From Fistulifera solaris (lineage: Eukaryota), in NCBI GenBank assembly GCA_030295235.1, contig AP026162.1, positions 992,001 to 1,056,000 on the forward strand: DNA of 64,000 nucleotides, written 5' to 3'. A program made the translations under genes and the position numbers. Position 1 is the first letter of the stretch, and the number at the start of each line of letters is the position of its first letter. Of this stretch, positions 44,867 to 57,500 are shown piece by piece. The notes under the pieces are model-generated. The model made no database searches. It had not been told where the DNA came from and saw only the letters and a list, made by a program, of their open reading frames with translations.

Positions 44867-46175
44867 TTACGATGATGCCTTTCGTTCGCTCTTGATCATA
44901 TGCTCCATAAAGAACTCTCCCGCCTTGTATGAACTACGCACCAAAGGCCCGCTGGCAACGTACTTAAAACCCATTTCCTCGCCGAGCTGGCGAAACATGT
45001 CAAACTTCTCTGGTCTCACATATTCTACCACCGCCAAATGTTGCTCTGTTGGCCGTAAATATTGTCCAAAAGTGACCACGTCCACATCAAAAGCGCGAAG
45101 ATCTTTCATTGTTTGAATGACTTCCTCGTCCGTTTCCCCTAATCCAAGCATAATGCTCGTCTTTGTGTAAAGACTGGGTTTCACTTTTTAGCGTGTTCCA
45201 ATGTTGAAAGACTTTGTGCGTATCCAGCGCGATGATCACGAACGAACCGTTGTAACCGTTCCACTGTTTCCACATTGTGTGCATATACATCCAAGCCAGA
45301 CAGAGCTAACGTTTCCACCGACGACAGCATTCCCTGAAAGTCTGAAACAAGGCACTCAACGAGCAATTCAGGTTTTTTCTGTTTCAAAAGTTCGACTGTA
45401 TGAGCAAAATGCTGTGCTCCTCCGTCGGGGATGTCATCTCTATCTACAGAAGTCAAGACAATGTAGTCTACACCCCATTTCGTTACTGCGTCGGCTGTTT
45501 TAAAAGGCTCAAATGGGTCTGGCGGCGGGGGCTTTGCGTCTGTATTGACAGCACAAAACATGCACCCGCGTGTACTGCAAAAGAAGCATAAGAAAAAGCT
45601 TTTTTCTTCCCAATGCATATGCCGAGGACTCATTTACTTACCATGTGTCTCCAAGAAGCATGATTGTTCCGGTCCCACCGTTCCAACACTCGCCAATGTT
45701 CGGACATTGGGCTTCCTCGCAAACGGTGTGCAAATCCAAATTGCGAAGAGATTCTTTAACCTCGCTATATCGAGAGTCTTTCGCTGTGCGCAAAGAACAA
45801 TGTGATGAGTCTCTTTCAAAAGATACCAGCGGTCGGCAATTATGCATCACAACGATACATACCTTGAGAGGGGGCAGGAACTTTGAACCAAGAGGGTCGT
45901 CCCTTGGGCATTTCGGCACCGACTTTGGGTCGTCGTAGTTCACTTTCTTCTTCTGAAGCATTCGGCATGGCACGACCTCCTCCTCCAGACATGCCATCGC
46001 CTCTTAAAGCAGAGTACGGTACGTGCTCTACTGCTTCTTTGGTTTCTTTTGATGCGACGTTCATCAAAACATTATTCTTGTTTCTTGATGAAGGTCGAAT
46101 GATGTGTTGAAACGCCCATGATCGGTTGATCGCGTGAAGAGTCACAAGAAACGAAATGATTGATGGAAGCTTCAT
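44867..46175 (-). CDS. lipA: Lipoyl synthase, plastid-type; two introns near 45576-45641 and 45790-45862
   Basis: [25 protein letters not shown] radical-SAM motif across an intron, [21 protein letters not shown]. Presequence ending SWA-F. Confidence 0.93.
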
Positions 46176-46410
46176 TCTATTCACTCGCTTTAAGATCGGT
46201 CTAACTGGAGAATATATTAACAGCAATAGAATTTGCTCGACTTGATGATGTTTGATGAGTTTCATCGTCGATGAAAACTTTGCAGACGTCGAATGAAACA
46301 GAAACGTCACGTTTTACTGAAAGGACTGTCGTACCGGGTCCCGCAACCTACTAAAATCAGTCACGTGCTAAAGGGATCCAAACTATCCAAACGTAAGCTT
46401 ACTTATTATT

Positions 46411-47651
46411 TTAGGTCGCTTTGCGAAGAAAGTACATCGTCAAGCTCATACCCTCAACGTATCCTGATGTCAAATCAAGGCCACTTTTAACCAATTCACC
46501 ATTGTAGAGACTCTGCACATCCTTGCTTTCAATCTGCAACCCAACAGTCTTACATGCACTCGCGAACTCGCCCACGCCAAATCGGTGCGTTGCGTCGGCA
46601 CACACTACATAGGCCATGCCTCCCGGAACAAGCACATCGTAGATTGTCTGGGCGGAAGCCACTGCATCTTCTGCTTGGCAAATCATATCTGCGGCTAGCA
46701 CGACATCGACGAGTTCATGCGAATTGCCGTCCATGTCCGTCCATCCGTCACCACTCTGTTTTTGATAAAAGTCAAGTCCCACAGCACTGCAACTCAATGA
46801 CAATTCATTGAGGTCGATGTTTCTTTGCAAATTGTTTAAAACAGTTGCGTTGAAATCGGTCAGAACAACACTACCATTTTTGTTTGAATAGCGTTGCTGA
46901 AGAAGTGCCGCAACGAGGCCCGTCAATCCACACCCCGCTCCAATCTCAAGGACTCGCTTCCCTTCTAGAACAAAAGGCTCTGTTACGAGCCAGCGAGAAA
47001 GAATTAAAGCCGAAGGCCACAAAACTGACGCGAAATGCGGCGTATGAGAGAGAGTGTCAAATTATCTCGAACACAACAAGGCGCGAGACTTACCAAAGCC
47101 GACATCTTCTTGTGCCGATTGACGATCCGTCACCTGATGAATGAGAACTTGAACCGACTGACCCGAAATGGCCGGAGCAATGTCAAGCACAACCGGTAGA
47201 CGTGCCCTTAACTCGTCTAAAGTGTACGGAAGTGATGGCTGCCGTTTCGAAGCAACTTGACAAGCTTTGTCCTGCATGTCCATGACATCCTCTTGCTGTT
47301 CTAGTCTTTCTAATCTTGTAACGTTATACTGAATCAGCTGAGATATGATTTGCTGCGACTGTGTTCTTTGAAACTCCTCGCCAAGTATGGCGTCTTTCTG
47401 TGTCAATTGTACTTGGAGATCAAAAGACGACCAAGATAGCAAGATGCCGCGTCGTCAAATATTCTGAAAGCAGAATTGCTCTCGGCAACACGGACTACAT
47501 CCAAGTAGGCTTTTACAGCATTATGAATGATAGGAATCAACAGAGAAGCTAGGCCGTCAGATTCATCAAGGAACTTTCTGCGGAGAAAAGCAATCTGGCG
47601 CGGCGACGAAATGTTCGTCTCCAGAAGGTCAATGATATTCTCCGAATCCAT
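46411..47651 (-). CDS. Seven-beta-strand lysine methyltransferase (METTL21/Methyltransf_16 family); intron ~47029-47092
   Basis: DVGF|V.WPSA.ILSRWL, VLEIGAGCGLTG, VLTDFN, VLAAD. Start codon uncertain; one frameshift. Confidence 0.8.
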
Positions 47652-48046
47652 GAAATAGGTGGCCCACTGCATGATGCGTATTGTTGCTTGGAATGAAATA
47701 ATGTCGACCAATGTCCCCCGCATCACCCATCGTTTCGTTGTTTCCTGTGGGCGACGATGTTGGATGGAGATTTTGTAACCTCCTAGCATAACTCAATAGG
47801 GTTCTACTTAACCGCGCACCTATTTGCGCGGTCATCGATTTTGGCTAAGTATTTTGACAGTAGCATAGAATGTAAGCTTAACGGATGACTTCGCCGTTGG
47901 GAATGTACCAGGTACCAGGTACTGTTTCCGTCCATCACTTTTTCTCAAAACATTCTGCAAATATTTCCCGTTGTTGCATTCAACTACAATAACAATATCA
48001 GATCGACGAGGGAGCAAGTGGCAAGGGAAGACTCTAGACGATAACA

Positions 48047-49139
48047 ATGAAGAAAGTATTGTTTCACCTATGGGTGAGCACATCGCTTTTCGTGATCCCT
48101 TCTACTGCCTTCCGTCCTCAATCGTTGACAGTCACTCGTCGTATCTCCCCAACTTCTTCCATCGTTCTCTCTGCCGTCGCCGAAAACTCATCGGATGATC
48201 TCAAAACAGGATATAAACTAGGATCGTACATGCTAGCAGCTACGGGAGCTTTTCTGTTATCGATGCCAGATCGAACAGGGCGAACGTTGGTAGCCAGTAA
48301 AGTAGGGGGAGCAGCCGGCTACGGATTGGCGGCTGGTTTATGTTACATCTTGTGAGTAGGAAATCAGCTTCAAACCATCTTTCCTATGATAAATCCATCC
48401 TGACTCTTACTATTGCAGAGAAGGTGCCTACGATAACAATCGTCTCGGAAGTGACACCTACAAGCGACTCAACCTCGGCCTCTTTGCGTTTATGGTCCTG
48501 GGTCTTTTCGCTATTCCTGGTGAAGCAGGCTTCCTGCCATCTGCCGTGGGTGCCATGATCCTGAGTATCCTTCTAACAGTTGTTCGACTCTACGGAGTAG
48601 CCTTAGCATGGAAAGGCTGGGAATATGGAGTAGGTGCGGTCAGCTTGAAGGGTTTGTGGGACGAAATAGTGATTGGTACAAAAAAAACGATGAAGGGTCT
48701 TCGAGTAAAGAACCAGAAAAAAGCGTTGACCTATCGGAACATGCTACTACTCATCCTTATGGGGTCAATATCAAGCTTCTTCGATGGGATCTTTCTGTTG
48801 CGCTATTTGAAAGAATTTGGCAAAAGTTTGTTCGAGGTTTCATTAAAAGTGTCCGCAGTCGGCCGATTACTGATGATAACAACAATGGTATACTCACTGA
48901 AAGATGCGGCAGAACGTGATCGACTGACTGGAACCACATTCATCCAACTTAATGTCTTAGTGGGCACTTGGGCATTTTTCGTCGGTTTGGGGCAAGCAGC
49001 TTTTCCTTATGGGTTTGCGGTTAATCGCGGTGTAGAAATGTTTGCGATTGGTCTTCCGTTTCTTATCAAAGCGTTCAAATCACAAAAAGAGAAATTCGAA
49101 AAGGAATCAGTAAAAGACGATAAACCATCTGAACGATAG
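48047..49139 (+). CDS. Plastid-targeted multi-pass membrane protein of unknown function; intron ~48352-48418
   Basis: Signal peptide ending STA-F plus a Ser/Thr/Arg-rich transit region. Internal repeat RL.S.TYKRLN / RL.GTTFIQLN. Confidence 0.72.
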
Positions 49140-49248
49140 TCGGGGCACTATCATGATGTGCTTATGGTTGTGTTGAGTAATAGTTACATTTAGCGAAGAG
49201 TGTTGTAAGTGGGGTATTATTGATAAACTTTATTGACGATATAAATGA

Positions 49249-50767
49249 TCACCAACGTCGCTGATCGAATCGCACCTCCAAGTTACGGCCTTGAAAATCA
49301 GTCCCATTGAATTCGGCAATAGCTTTCTCGGCATCCATCCTTTTACGAAATTGGACAATACCATATCCTCTCTTGACTTCTGCGTGTATAATCTCACCGC
49401 ACTGCTTGAAATGATCTTTTACTTCTGACCAGCTCGTCTCGAATGGCAAATTTCCGACAAACAATTTTATTCCATCTGTTGTATCGCCTCGCCCGCCAAC
49501 AAAATCGCGACCTCCTCTTCCGCGGCCTCCAAAACCCCAGCCAGCTCCTCGACCGCGGCCTCCAAAACGACCACCTCCTCGGCCGTGCAACTTAGAGTGA
49601 GATCGATCTTCTCGAACACTTATTTGATAGCCCATGAGCTCCGAGTCATTCAATTCACGAATCGCTCGAGACGCATCCTGGGGTCTTTGATAAGTAACAA
49701 TACCGCTTCCAGCTTCTCCAGATGCATTTGCGTGAATAGTCGCGGAATCGACGTTTCCGGCCCGTCTCATGTAGTCTTTTAGCTGAAACCAAGTGGTGTC
49801 GGGGTTCAAGTTTTTGACAAAAACGGATGTGTTTGGAGCAAAGGAGGCGGACCCTCCATTCTGATTACTCGTTTCGCGGTCCTCGCGTACAAACACCATT
49901 CTACCTCGAAAGTCTGTATCCGTAAGCATCTCGATGGCTTGCTGTGCACCTTCCACCGTGGCAAATTCAACAATGCCACAACCTTTCGACCGGATCCCTC
50001 CAGATTCTTTGATGATTTCTGCGTGAACTACATCCCCGGCTGCGAAAAAAATAGTGAGCTGTCATGCACTCCAAAACAAGATTCCTCTAGAAACACACAC
50101 CTTGCTTGCAGAAATCTTTGAGGTCCTGCCACTCGACATCCCATGCGAGGTTGCCCACGTATACTCGCCGACTTTTGGCATTGTGATCCGATGAAAAGGC
50201 GCGAGAGGAAGTGAACGAACCTCCAGGCCCTCCCAGGCGATCCTCACGATCCTCTCGCACAAAAATTTGGCGTCCTTCCAACTCACTGTCATTGAGAGTA
50301 AGCACGGCCTTTCGAGCATCATCAGCGGTGGCAAACTCGACAATGGCGCACCCTTTACTTCGTCCGTCTGGTGCCATCATTACATCAACTCGAGTTGCAT
50401 CCAAATCATGAGACTTCATGAAATCTTTCAAAGATTGCCAGTTCACACGCCACGATAAATTTCCTACGTAAACACGACGAGATCGATCCTCTTGTCCGTT
50501 CGCTGCGGAGTCGGATGCTTGAACCGTCGATTCGTTCTTTTCGTTGTCGTTGGTCGATGCTACATCATTCGTTTCAATTTGGCTTTCATCCGTTCCTTGA
50601 TGTTCGGTTGAAGTTGTGTTCAGCTTCGGCTGGCTCTCGTTCATATTTGCTTGCTAAAAGAAAACAACGTTTAGGAATCACTTGTTTGATGACCCACGCA
50701 TCGGATTCGGATGGCTCATGGACAATGCAAGCTGATCCAGACCGACAATACTTACCGTAGACGCCAT
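49249..50767 (-). CDS. Multi-RRM/RGG RNA-binding protein (GBP2/HRB1-like); introns 50654-50755 and ~50040-50100
   Basis: Four RRMs (RVYVGNLSW...LKD, SKGCAIVEF, IFVREDRE) and an RGG tract. Micro-exon ATGGCGTCTACG|gtaagt at the start. Confidence 0.88.
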
Positions 50768-51501
50768 TGCGAATCTCCCGATGGGCTTCTTTTTTTCTCT
50801 CCGTTTCTTTGAATCGCTTACCGCTTGTTCTAAGCTGTAGTTGTTGCAGATTCGAACAATGATGAAGGGGTTCAAGAGAGACGACAAAAGCGAGAGAGAT
50901 CGTCGCGGATTTCCTTGCGCGGAGAGGCGTTTCGGCTTGCAGCTTGCAGCTTGCGGTTTTAAAATTGAGGCCTTAATTATTGTAGTACTTGTCCGTTACT
51001 AAATCTACTTAATGGTTCCTAGCGAGCGTCACCTATACAAAATACTTCATTTCAGACAGGCTATTTAACGGACGAGTTTCAGCTACTTTCCTGTTCATAG
51101 CCATTGAGCCTGATTAATCAACGGCTCTCCTCCTTTTCTGCGCCTATATGGTTCTGTACGACGTCCCTTCCCTACATTACGTTGTATAGTAAAACGACGT
51201 GCAATCAATCATCGCTGGAGGCTTCGACATAGTGGCTGTTTCATCTCGCTTCCGCACTGCTTTCATGAAAGCATTCAATCAATATCAAAAGCTACGAACA
51301 ATCCTTTACTTTCATAACGAAGGCTTTGTTCGCTTATCGAATTTATTGCTGCGTTACAGGTCGCCGAAGCTAAACCAATTTGATATTGGAATCAGTTAAA
51401 GAAAGAAACTACGAAAGGTGCAGAACGACCTTGGAGAAGCGTTTCGTTAATCTACTTCATAGGCTTTAGCAAGTCTTCAGAAACGAGAACTTATAACAAA
51501 C

Positions 51502-54500
51502 ATGCAGCCCGAACGTTCTTTCCCGTTACCTGCGTATTTGAAATTCTGTCCTGGTGGAATTACCTACCACGGCGCGGCGCCGGAGGATTTCTATCGTTTA
51601 TCCGAATACACGGGCACAAACAAGTCAAACTCCCGCAGCGGAAGAAGTACGCCCTCTTCTGTGTTACCGTCGCCGCGTCCCTTGCTTCCTGATACGCTTC
51701 TCACGAAAGCAAAGCAGGCGGATACACGACTGCGTGAGTACACGCTTCTTGCACAGCCATCAGGTGCGGTACCCGTCTTTTACCCAGTCTCTCGATTCTC
51801 GCGGAGCAATGTTTTGGTCGTTTGACTGGGTGTCCTGCCAACGCCGCTAAATCTTGGGCCGATGCTATGATACTGCACTACTTTGAATCAACTTTAGACG
51901 ATAGTGCGGTCGCTAGCGAAGATGATATTTACCGGGGCAAACCAATAGCTACGCAGCCGTTGACTGGGACTAGCACCGCCGCTGCTTTGCTCCGAAAGCT
52001 ACACGAAGACGCCCAAGCGGGGCAGGCTAGCGATTCTTTAGTTGGTCGCCCTCGTCCTTGCGGTTACGTCTTTAAAAGGGGTGACATTGCGTGGAATTGC
52101 CGGACTTGCCAAACGGACGCCACGTGTGTGATTTGTGATACTTGTTTCAGGCACAGTGATCATCAAGGACATGAGGTGTATTTTCATCGTACTTCACCCG
52201 GAGGATGTTGCGATTGTGGGGATGCTGAAGCATGGAAATCGGAGGGATGTTGTGATAAGCACCGACCCTTATCGAGTCCAGTCGGTCAAGAGCGACCATC
52301 AACTGAACTTGATCCTATGGAAGCAGTGGCGATGTCTTTGAAAGGTTTAAAAGACGGAATTGACACCGTTTCTTCTCATCCTGCTACTAAACTACCTCCT
52401 CGTCTAGCTGCTGCCCTGGGGGTTGTGATTGGAGCGGTTGTTAACTCCATTTTGGATGCCGTCGATGGTGCAGCAGTCGGCGCCGATCCTGTCCAATGGA
52501 AACGGCGCTGGGCTCACGAAGCCGCTTGCATCTATAATGGTGTTTCAAACAATGAGCAATACTATCTAGCTCCTGAGTATGCATTTGCAACCCCTGCTAC
52601 CTTCGCAAGCGATCCTTTTCAAACGCTGCCGGAGTCATTCGACGTCCAACTGAGACTTCATAATGACGACGTACACACTTTGACGAAGTAATAGAAGCCT
52701 TGCACGGCGATCCTCGTATTCGAAGGCATATGGAAGACCCCGCTAATATTTTGGTGCCGGTACGGGAGAGTGCTACCGAGATGACCCACCACGTCGATGC
52801 TGACGGACAAGTGACCGTCAAAGTGTATTCGTCAATAGCGAATGCATTGCATGGATTTAATAGGTTGAAAGCTTCCGGGTTGCATTGTGCTGTGGTCAGT
52901 AACGTGCAAGTTCAGATGGAATTGAGAGCTAGAGTATTGATTTCGTGGCTTTCTGAGATATGCGCTGCTCATCCTGCTGCTGCAGCACTTGTTGTTCACG
53001 CGCTTGTCCAAGTAGATCCTTGTCATGATTTGGGTGGAGTTCAGGTCTGGGCAACAGCGAGAATGATTCCACCGTGGATTGCATTTGACCAAACGGATGA
53101 ACCGCTAGTTTGTCGACGAAGATTCGATGCTTTTCCACCGCATTTACCCTCTAGTTATTTGACCCGTGAGGAGTGCGAGCTGTTGCACGGCATCGCGTCG
53201 GAAATAAATGCAACTGCTTTTATCTCTCTCACTGGAACGGAGCCAGGCTTTTACACCAGCGTTCCGTATCGCCTACCATCAGATAAGTATCGCAAGTCCC
53301 CTCACTCACTTTGGGGAACTCTACCCTCGCATTATTCTGATCCGGTCAGTCGCGATTCAAAACATCCCTTGCTTCGTCGTTTAATCACCGGTCGTTTCGA
53401 TGCAGAGACAGCTACCTTACCAAACAAACTGACGGAATCTGTTTTCGTAGTAGACACAGATTTGCGGAAGCAGCAAAACCCAAAAATACTCACATCAAGT
53501 CTTTACACTCATAAATTACCGGGCTTGCACATCATCAGCGGAATAGGCTCAGTACGAATAAGCGAGATATCCGCGAGGCGTCCTCCTCTCCCGTATCCTA
53601 TGCATCTCCGACACCTGTTGGGTATATCGTCTTTCCGAGCACCAGTTTCGCCGATTATGCTTCTTCTTCTCTTTGACCCATACCCTACAAAGCAACTGCG
53701 TGGGAGCTTGCATGTTCTATTCTTATCTCTTTTGACGGATTCACGATTCAAGTCGCGTTTTGCGGGTGCTCTAGGGGTCGCGTATAGACCCTTGTGTACG
53801 TTGTTTTGCGCCGGTGTTGGAACGGAAGCTGATTCGCCCCTCCATTTCAGCGTTCAAATTTTTACTGCAGGAAGTTTGGTCAGAGCTCTTTGTCACAGAA
53901 ATGCAGCAGAGAAGCTTCTCCTTTCTGACCACCTTGCAGACTCTTTATCGCCGGAAGACAGCCATCAAAATGAATCGTCGATTGGGGTCTTTGTTCCTCC
54001 GATTTCCCACGTCATCGTTCGATGTGTTCACACAAACCTTCTGGGAGCAACTCAAGAAATTAGTATGATTTTAAAGAACACATTTTCAGGGAGTGACGAC
54101 AATAGCATCGACGGGCCTCTTCAACTGGGCAACGACAATTTACTTCCTGCTTTGACTTATGTTGCTGGTGAGCATCCTCTGTTGACGCTCCTTCCAGCTG
54201 CCCACGACGACGGGTTCTTAGACTCTCGGTCTACTCGACATAAAAGGCTTCCTCACATTCTACGAGATCTCGAATATGTCATTGAAACCCCTGGGACTGC
54301 AACGCGTCTGCTTCTACCGCACCGGTTCCCTACGCAGTACGGCCCATCCTTGTCGCTGCGAGGGGAAGATATCTTATCATTTGCGTCGATTTTCGCCAGA
54401 ATGTTGCGTTTGGCCCAAGGAATGGATACACAAAAGAGAAAAAATTTCAGGAGGACACGTGGAGTACGAGCAGAATAGATGGTTAGAAGCGTTCGGACTC

Positions 54501-57500
54501 AGTTTGAATTTTGCTGGTACACGTGACGCTCTGGCAGAAAGTGCTTGCAGCTCAGTTGATCCATCCTCAGGTGACATATCTCATCTGAAAGCCGCTCGGG
54601 AGGCAATTGGAAATTTTTTCGCCGCATTACTAAGGGAGTTAAAGCTTTGGCTATACAGAGAGAGTTTGCTAGAGACGGGTCTTCCTGTTTCACCTTCTCA
54701 AGGTATCGACATTTCACAAGTCACTTCTCTTCAGCGTAGTACCCTGCACGTATCAAGTTCTGATTTTTCCGATTATAATGAGTCTGAAACGTTGGATGCC
54801 GTCGCACATTCAGCTCGACCGGTCAACACAGTAGCTTTGTCTTGCGCGACAGGAATTAAGATGACAGAGGCACAGTTGATTCTCATTGAAAATTCGTTGA
54901 AAGTTGCAGTTTCCCGGCAAGAATCCCAAACATCAGACGATAGCCTCCCCTTCTCAGACCGGTCCCCTGATCACTGATTGGTTAAGAGTGCCTCATTCTC
55001 CTCTTGGTGGTGATGCTTTGTCTTTTCATCTGCCTCTTCACCGTGCTATGGCAAAGTGCATCAAGAGCATGTGTTCAGTGGTTGTACCGTCATCATATCG
55101 TGACTCCTTTCCGTCGACTTGGTGGCAATTACCTGTCCTTGATGACAATCAGTCTTCCGTCGCTCAAATAGATCAAACAAGCTTCTCCAATCATCCTCTT
55201 GTATCAGTACTTCGTTCTACATTACGATCAGGCAATTGCAGAGTTAACTGGTCGTCAGGACCCGATTGTACCCCGCACGAAGCTCAAAGACGACGTGCCA
55301 GATCAAGGGCAGTCTCTGTGAACATTGCTGTTGCAAAGGTGATACACTCGCTTGTAGACCATCCCCTTCGGTGTCTTGCAGCAGCACAACAAGTCGAACG
55401 TCATTTGTGGACAAGAAACGGCGGATCTTTGGCGGGCATGGCAATGAATTATTCAAACACTCCTTTATGTCGCTCGTTTCGGGATCTAGATCTTCTTTTG
55501 GTTCAACTTTCGGCAGCTGGCATGAGTTGCGGTTTGGGCGCCCGCCGAACTTTTTCGTTAATTTTGAGTCGTTTCAGCATGGATGGGTATTTGTGCGACC
55601 CTGAAAGGCGCTCTGCCGTTGGTGCAAGTGGAAGCTCGTTCGTTTCACAACCATCGACTTGGGTAAACCCTCCACGTCTGCAGGACCCAGATCACGCAGT
55701 CATATTGGCCGAGTCTTTTTTTGCGATGATCTGTGTCCTCGTCACTGAACTCCCTTCACCGCCTCCAGATGCCGTTTTAGACAATGTTTCATTACGACAA
55801 AGTATTCGCCGTGAGTTAGTCCACGCTTTACTGGCAGAGCCTAGATCGCACAGTGCAGCTATGGCAGCCGCGTCTGGAGGTATTTCCAGACGGGAAGAAA
55901 GCGACGGCAACTCAGGATCTGGTGGTGGAGCTAGTATGTTTAGTGAAGCGTTTGCTGCGGTTCTTGAAGAGGTTGGCGTCCAAAAATCTCGTACTGGTTC
56001 GAGGGCCGCCTCCGGACCTCCGGTTTTTGAGCTGAAAGCTGAGGTTTGCGATGAGTACGATCCTACTTACTATCACCTGAAAAGACAAGAACACCAGCAC
56101 GCGATGGATATTGTTGAAAGACTTCGAAAACAAAAGCTCGGGAATGACAAGAGTAAGATAGATTCAACATCGCTTCCGTTAGTGTGTCCACCCCCGAAGG
56201 CACACCCAAGATTTCTACCTTGCCGGCTTGTGTTGCACCTTGATTTGATGGACGCCGCGATTCGGCGGTCCTTGTTGTTCGCATTGACAAATGGATCGTG
56301 GTTACCACCGTCAGAGCCTACAACCACGGGAGATACGAATTCTGATAAGGCCTCTAGTGATGACGGCGAAGTCGATGTCTCCGTCTTGGTAGCGGGATCT
56401 CCCAGTGGCGCGGATGTCCCGGTGACCGCTTTTAACAGAAGAGTTCTTCAGACACAAACGTCGGGGGCTTCATTCTCGATTTCCAGGCGGGAAAACGAGA
56501 CAACCCTTTTTCCAAAGAGGTTGTCGCTGCATCATCTGTATCTTTTCTTGAAGTACTGCAGTTGCTTACACTCCAGATACATACCCTGGAAGAGTGCGCC
56601 TCGCTCCATCGCCTGCTTTCAAATCTGGACGATGAATCTCGGGTACTGTCATCGGGACTGTCAATAAATTCATACCTGACTCGCCTAATACATGTGCCGA
56701 CTAGCCTCGTAGATGTCTGGGCACTTCGTCCACACCCGCATGGACCGCTGCAATCAAAAGGAAGTGGAGAGAATCGAGGATCTATTCTTGGTCTTTTGAT
56801 TGCCCTTTACGAGCATAGGTCAGATCACGCTGCAATCCTAGACTCGCAAGGAGGAGATCAAGCTGACGAAGGGCATGGGGGTGCCCGTGCACTTGCCTCC
56901 AGTGGCCTCAAATGGATTTTAAGGTTTGTTAATGCCTTAGTTGACGGTGCACAAGCTGTCAGCGCAGCAATTAGATCGGCGACCAACGGAGTTCGAGAGA
57001 TTAAAACGCAGGATTCGAGTACTTTGTCCTGGACAATAGACGAAGAAGTGCGAAATGCCATCCGAAGAATGTTGGCAAACCTGACTGACCTATGGCCAAT
57101 GGAACGCGGCAAATCGGAGTCTTCAGAAAAATCAACACCCAAAGTTTCCGAAGCTGGTAAGGCAGCCCAGAAGCGCCAGTTGGAAAAAATGAGGAAAATG
57201 CAAGCAAAGTTTGCTGCAACCATTCAAGGTTTAGATGACCAGAAAAATATCAACGAAGCAAATACTGGAAGCGACCAGTGTATTATCTGCCGCTGTGATG
57301 ATGTTGATGGCGAGAACAACGGCCCATTAGGATTTTTAGGTCACGTCCAGCGCTCGCGGGTCGTCCAAATGCGTTCAACGATCGAAGCTAATAAGAGAAA
57401 GGGCGTTCCGCTTGATCTATCACAGACTTATCTCGTTGTCGGTCATAAAGGATGTCAGGTAAGTCGTCGTTTTGCTTTGCGCATATGGTATCCTCATTTT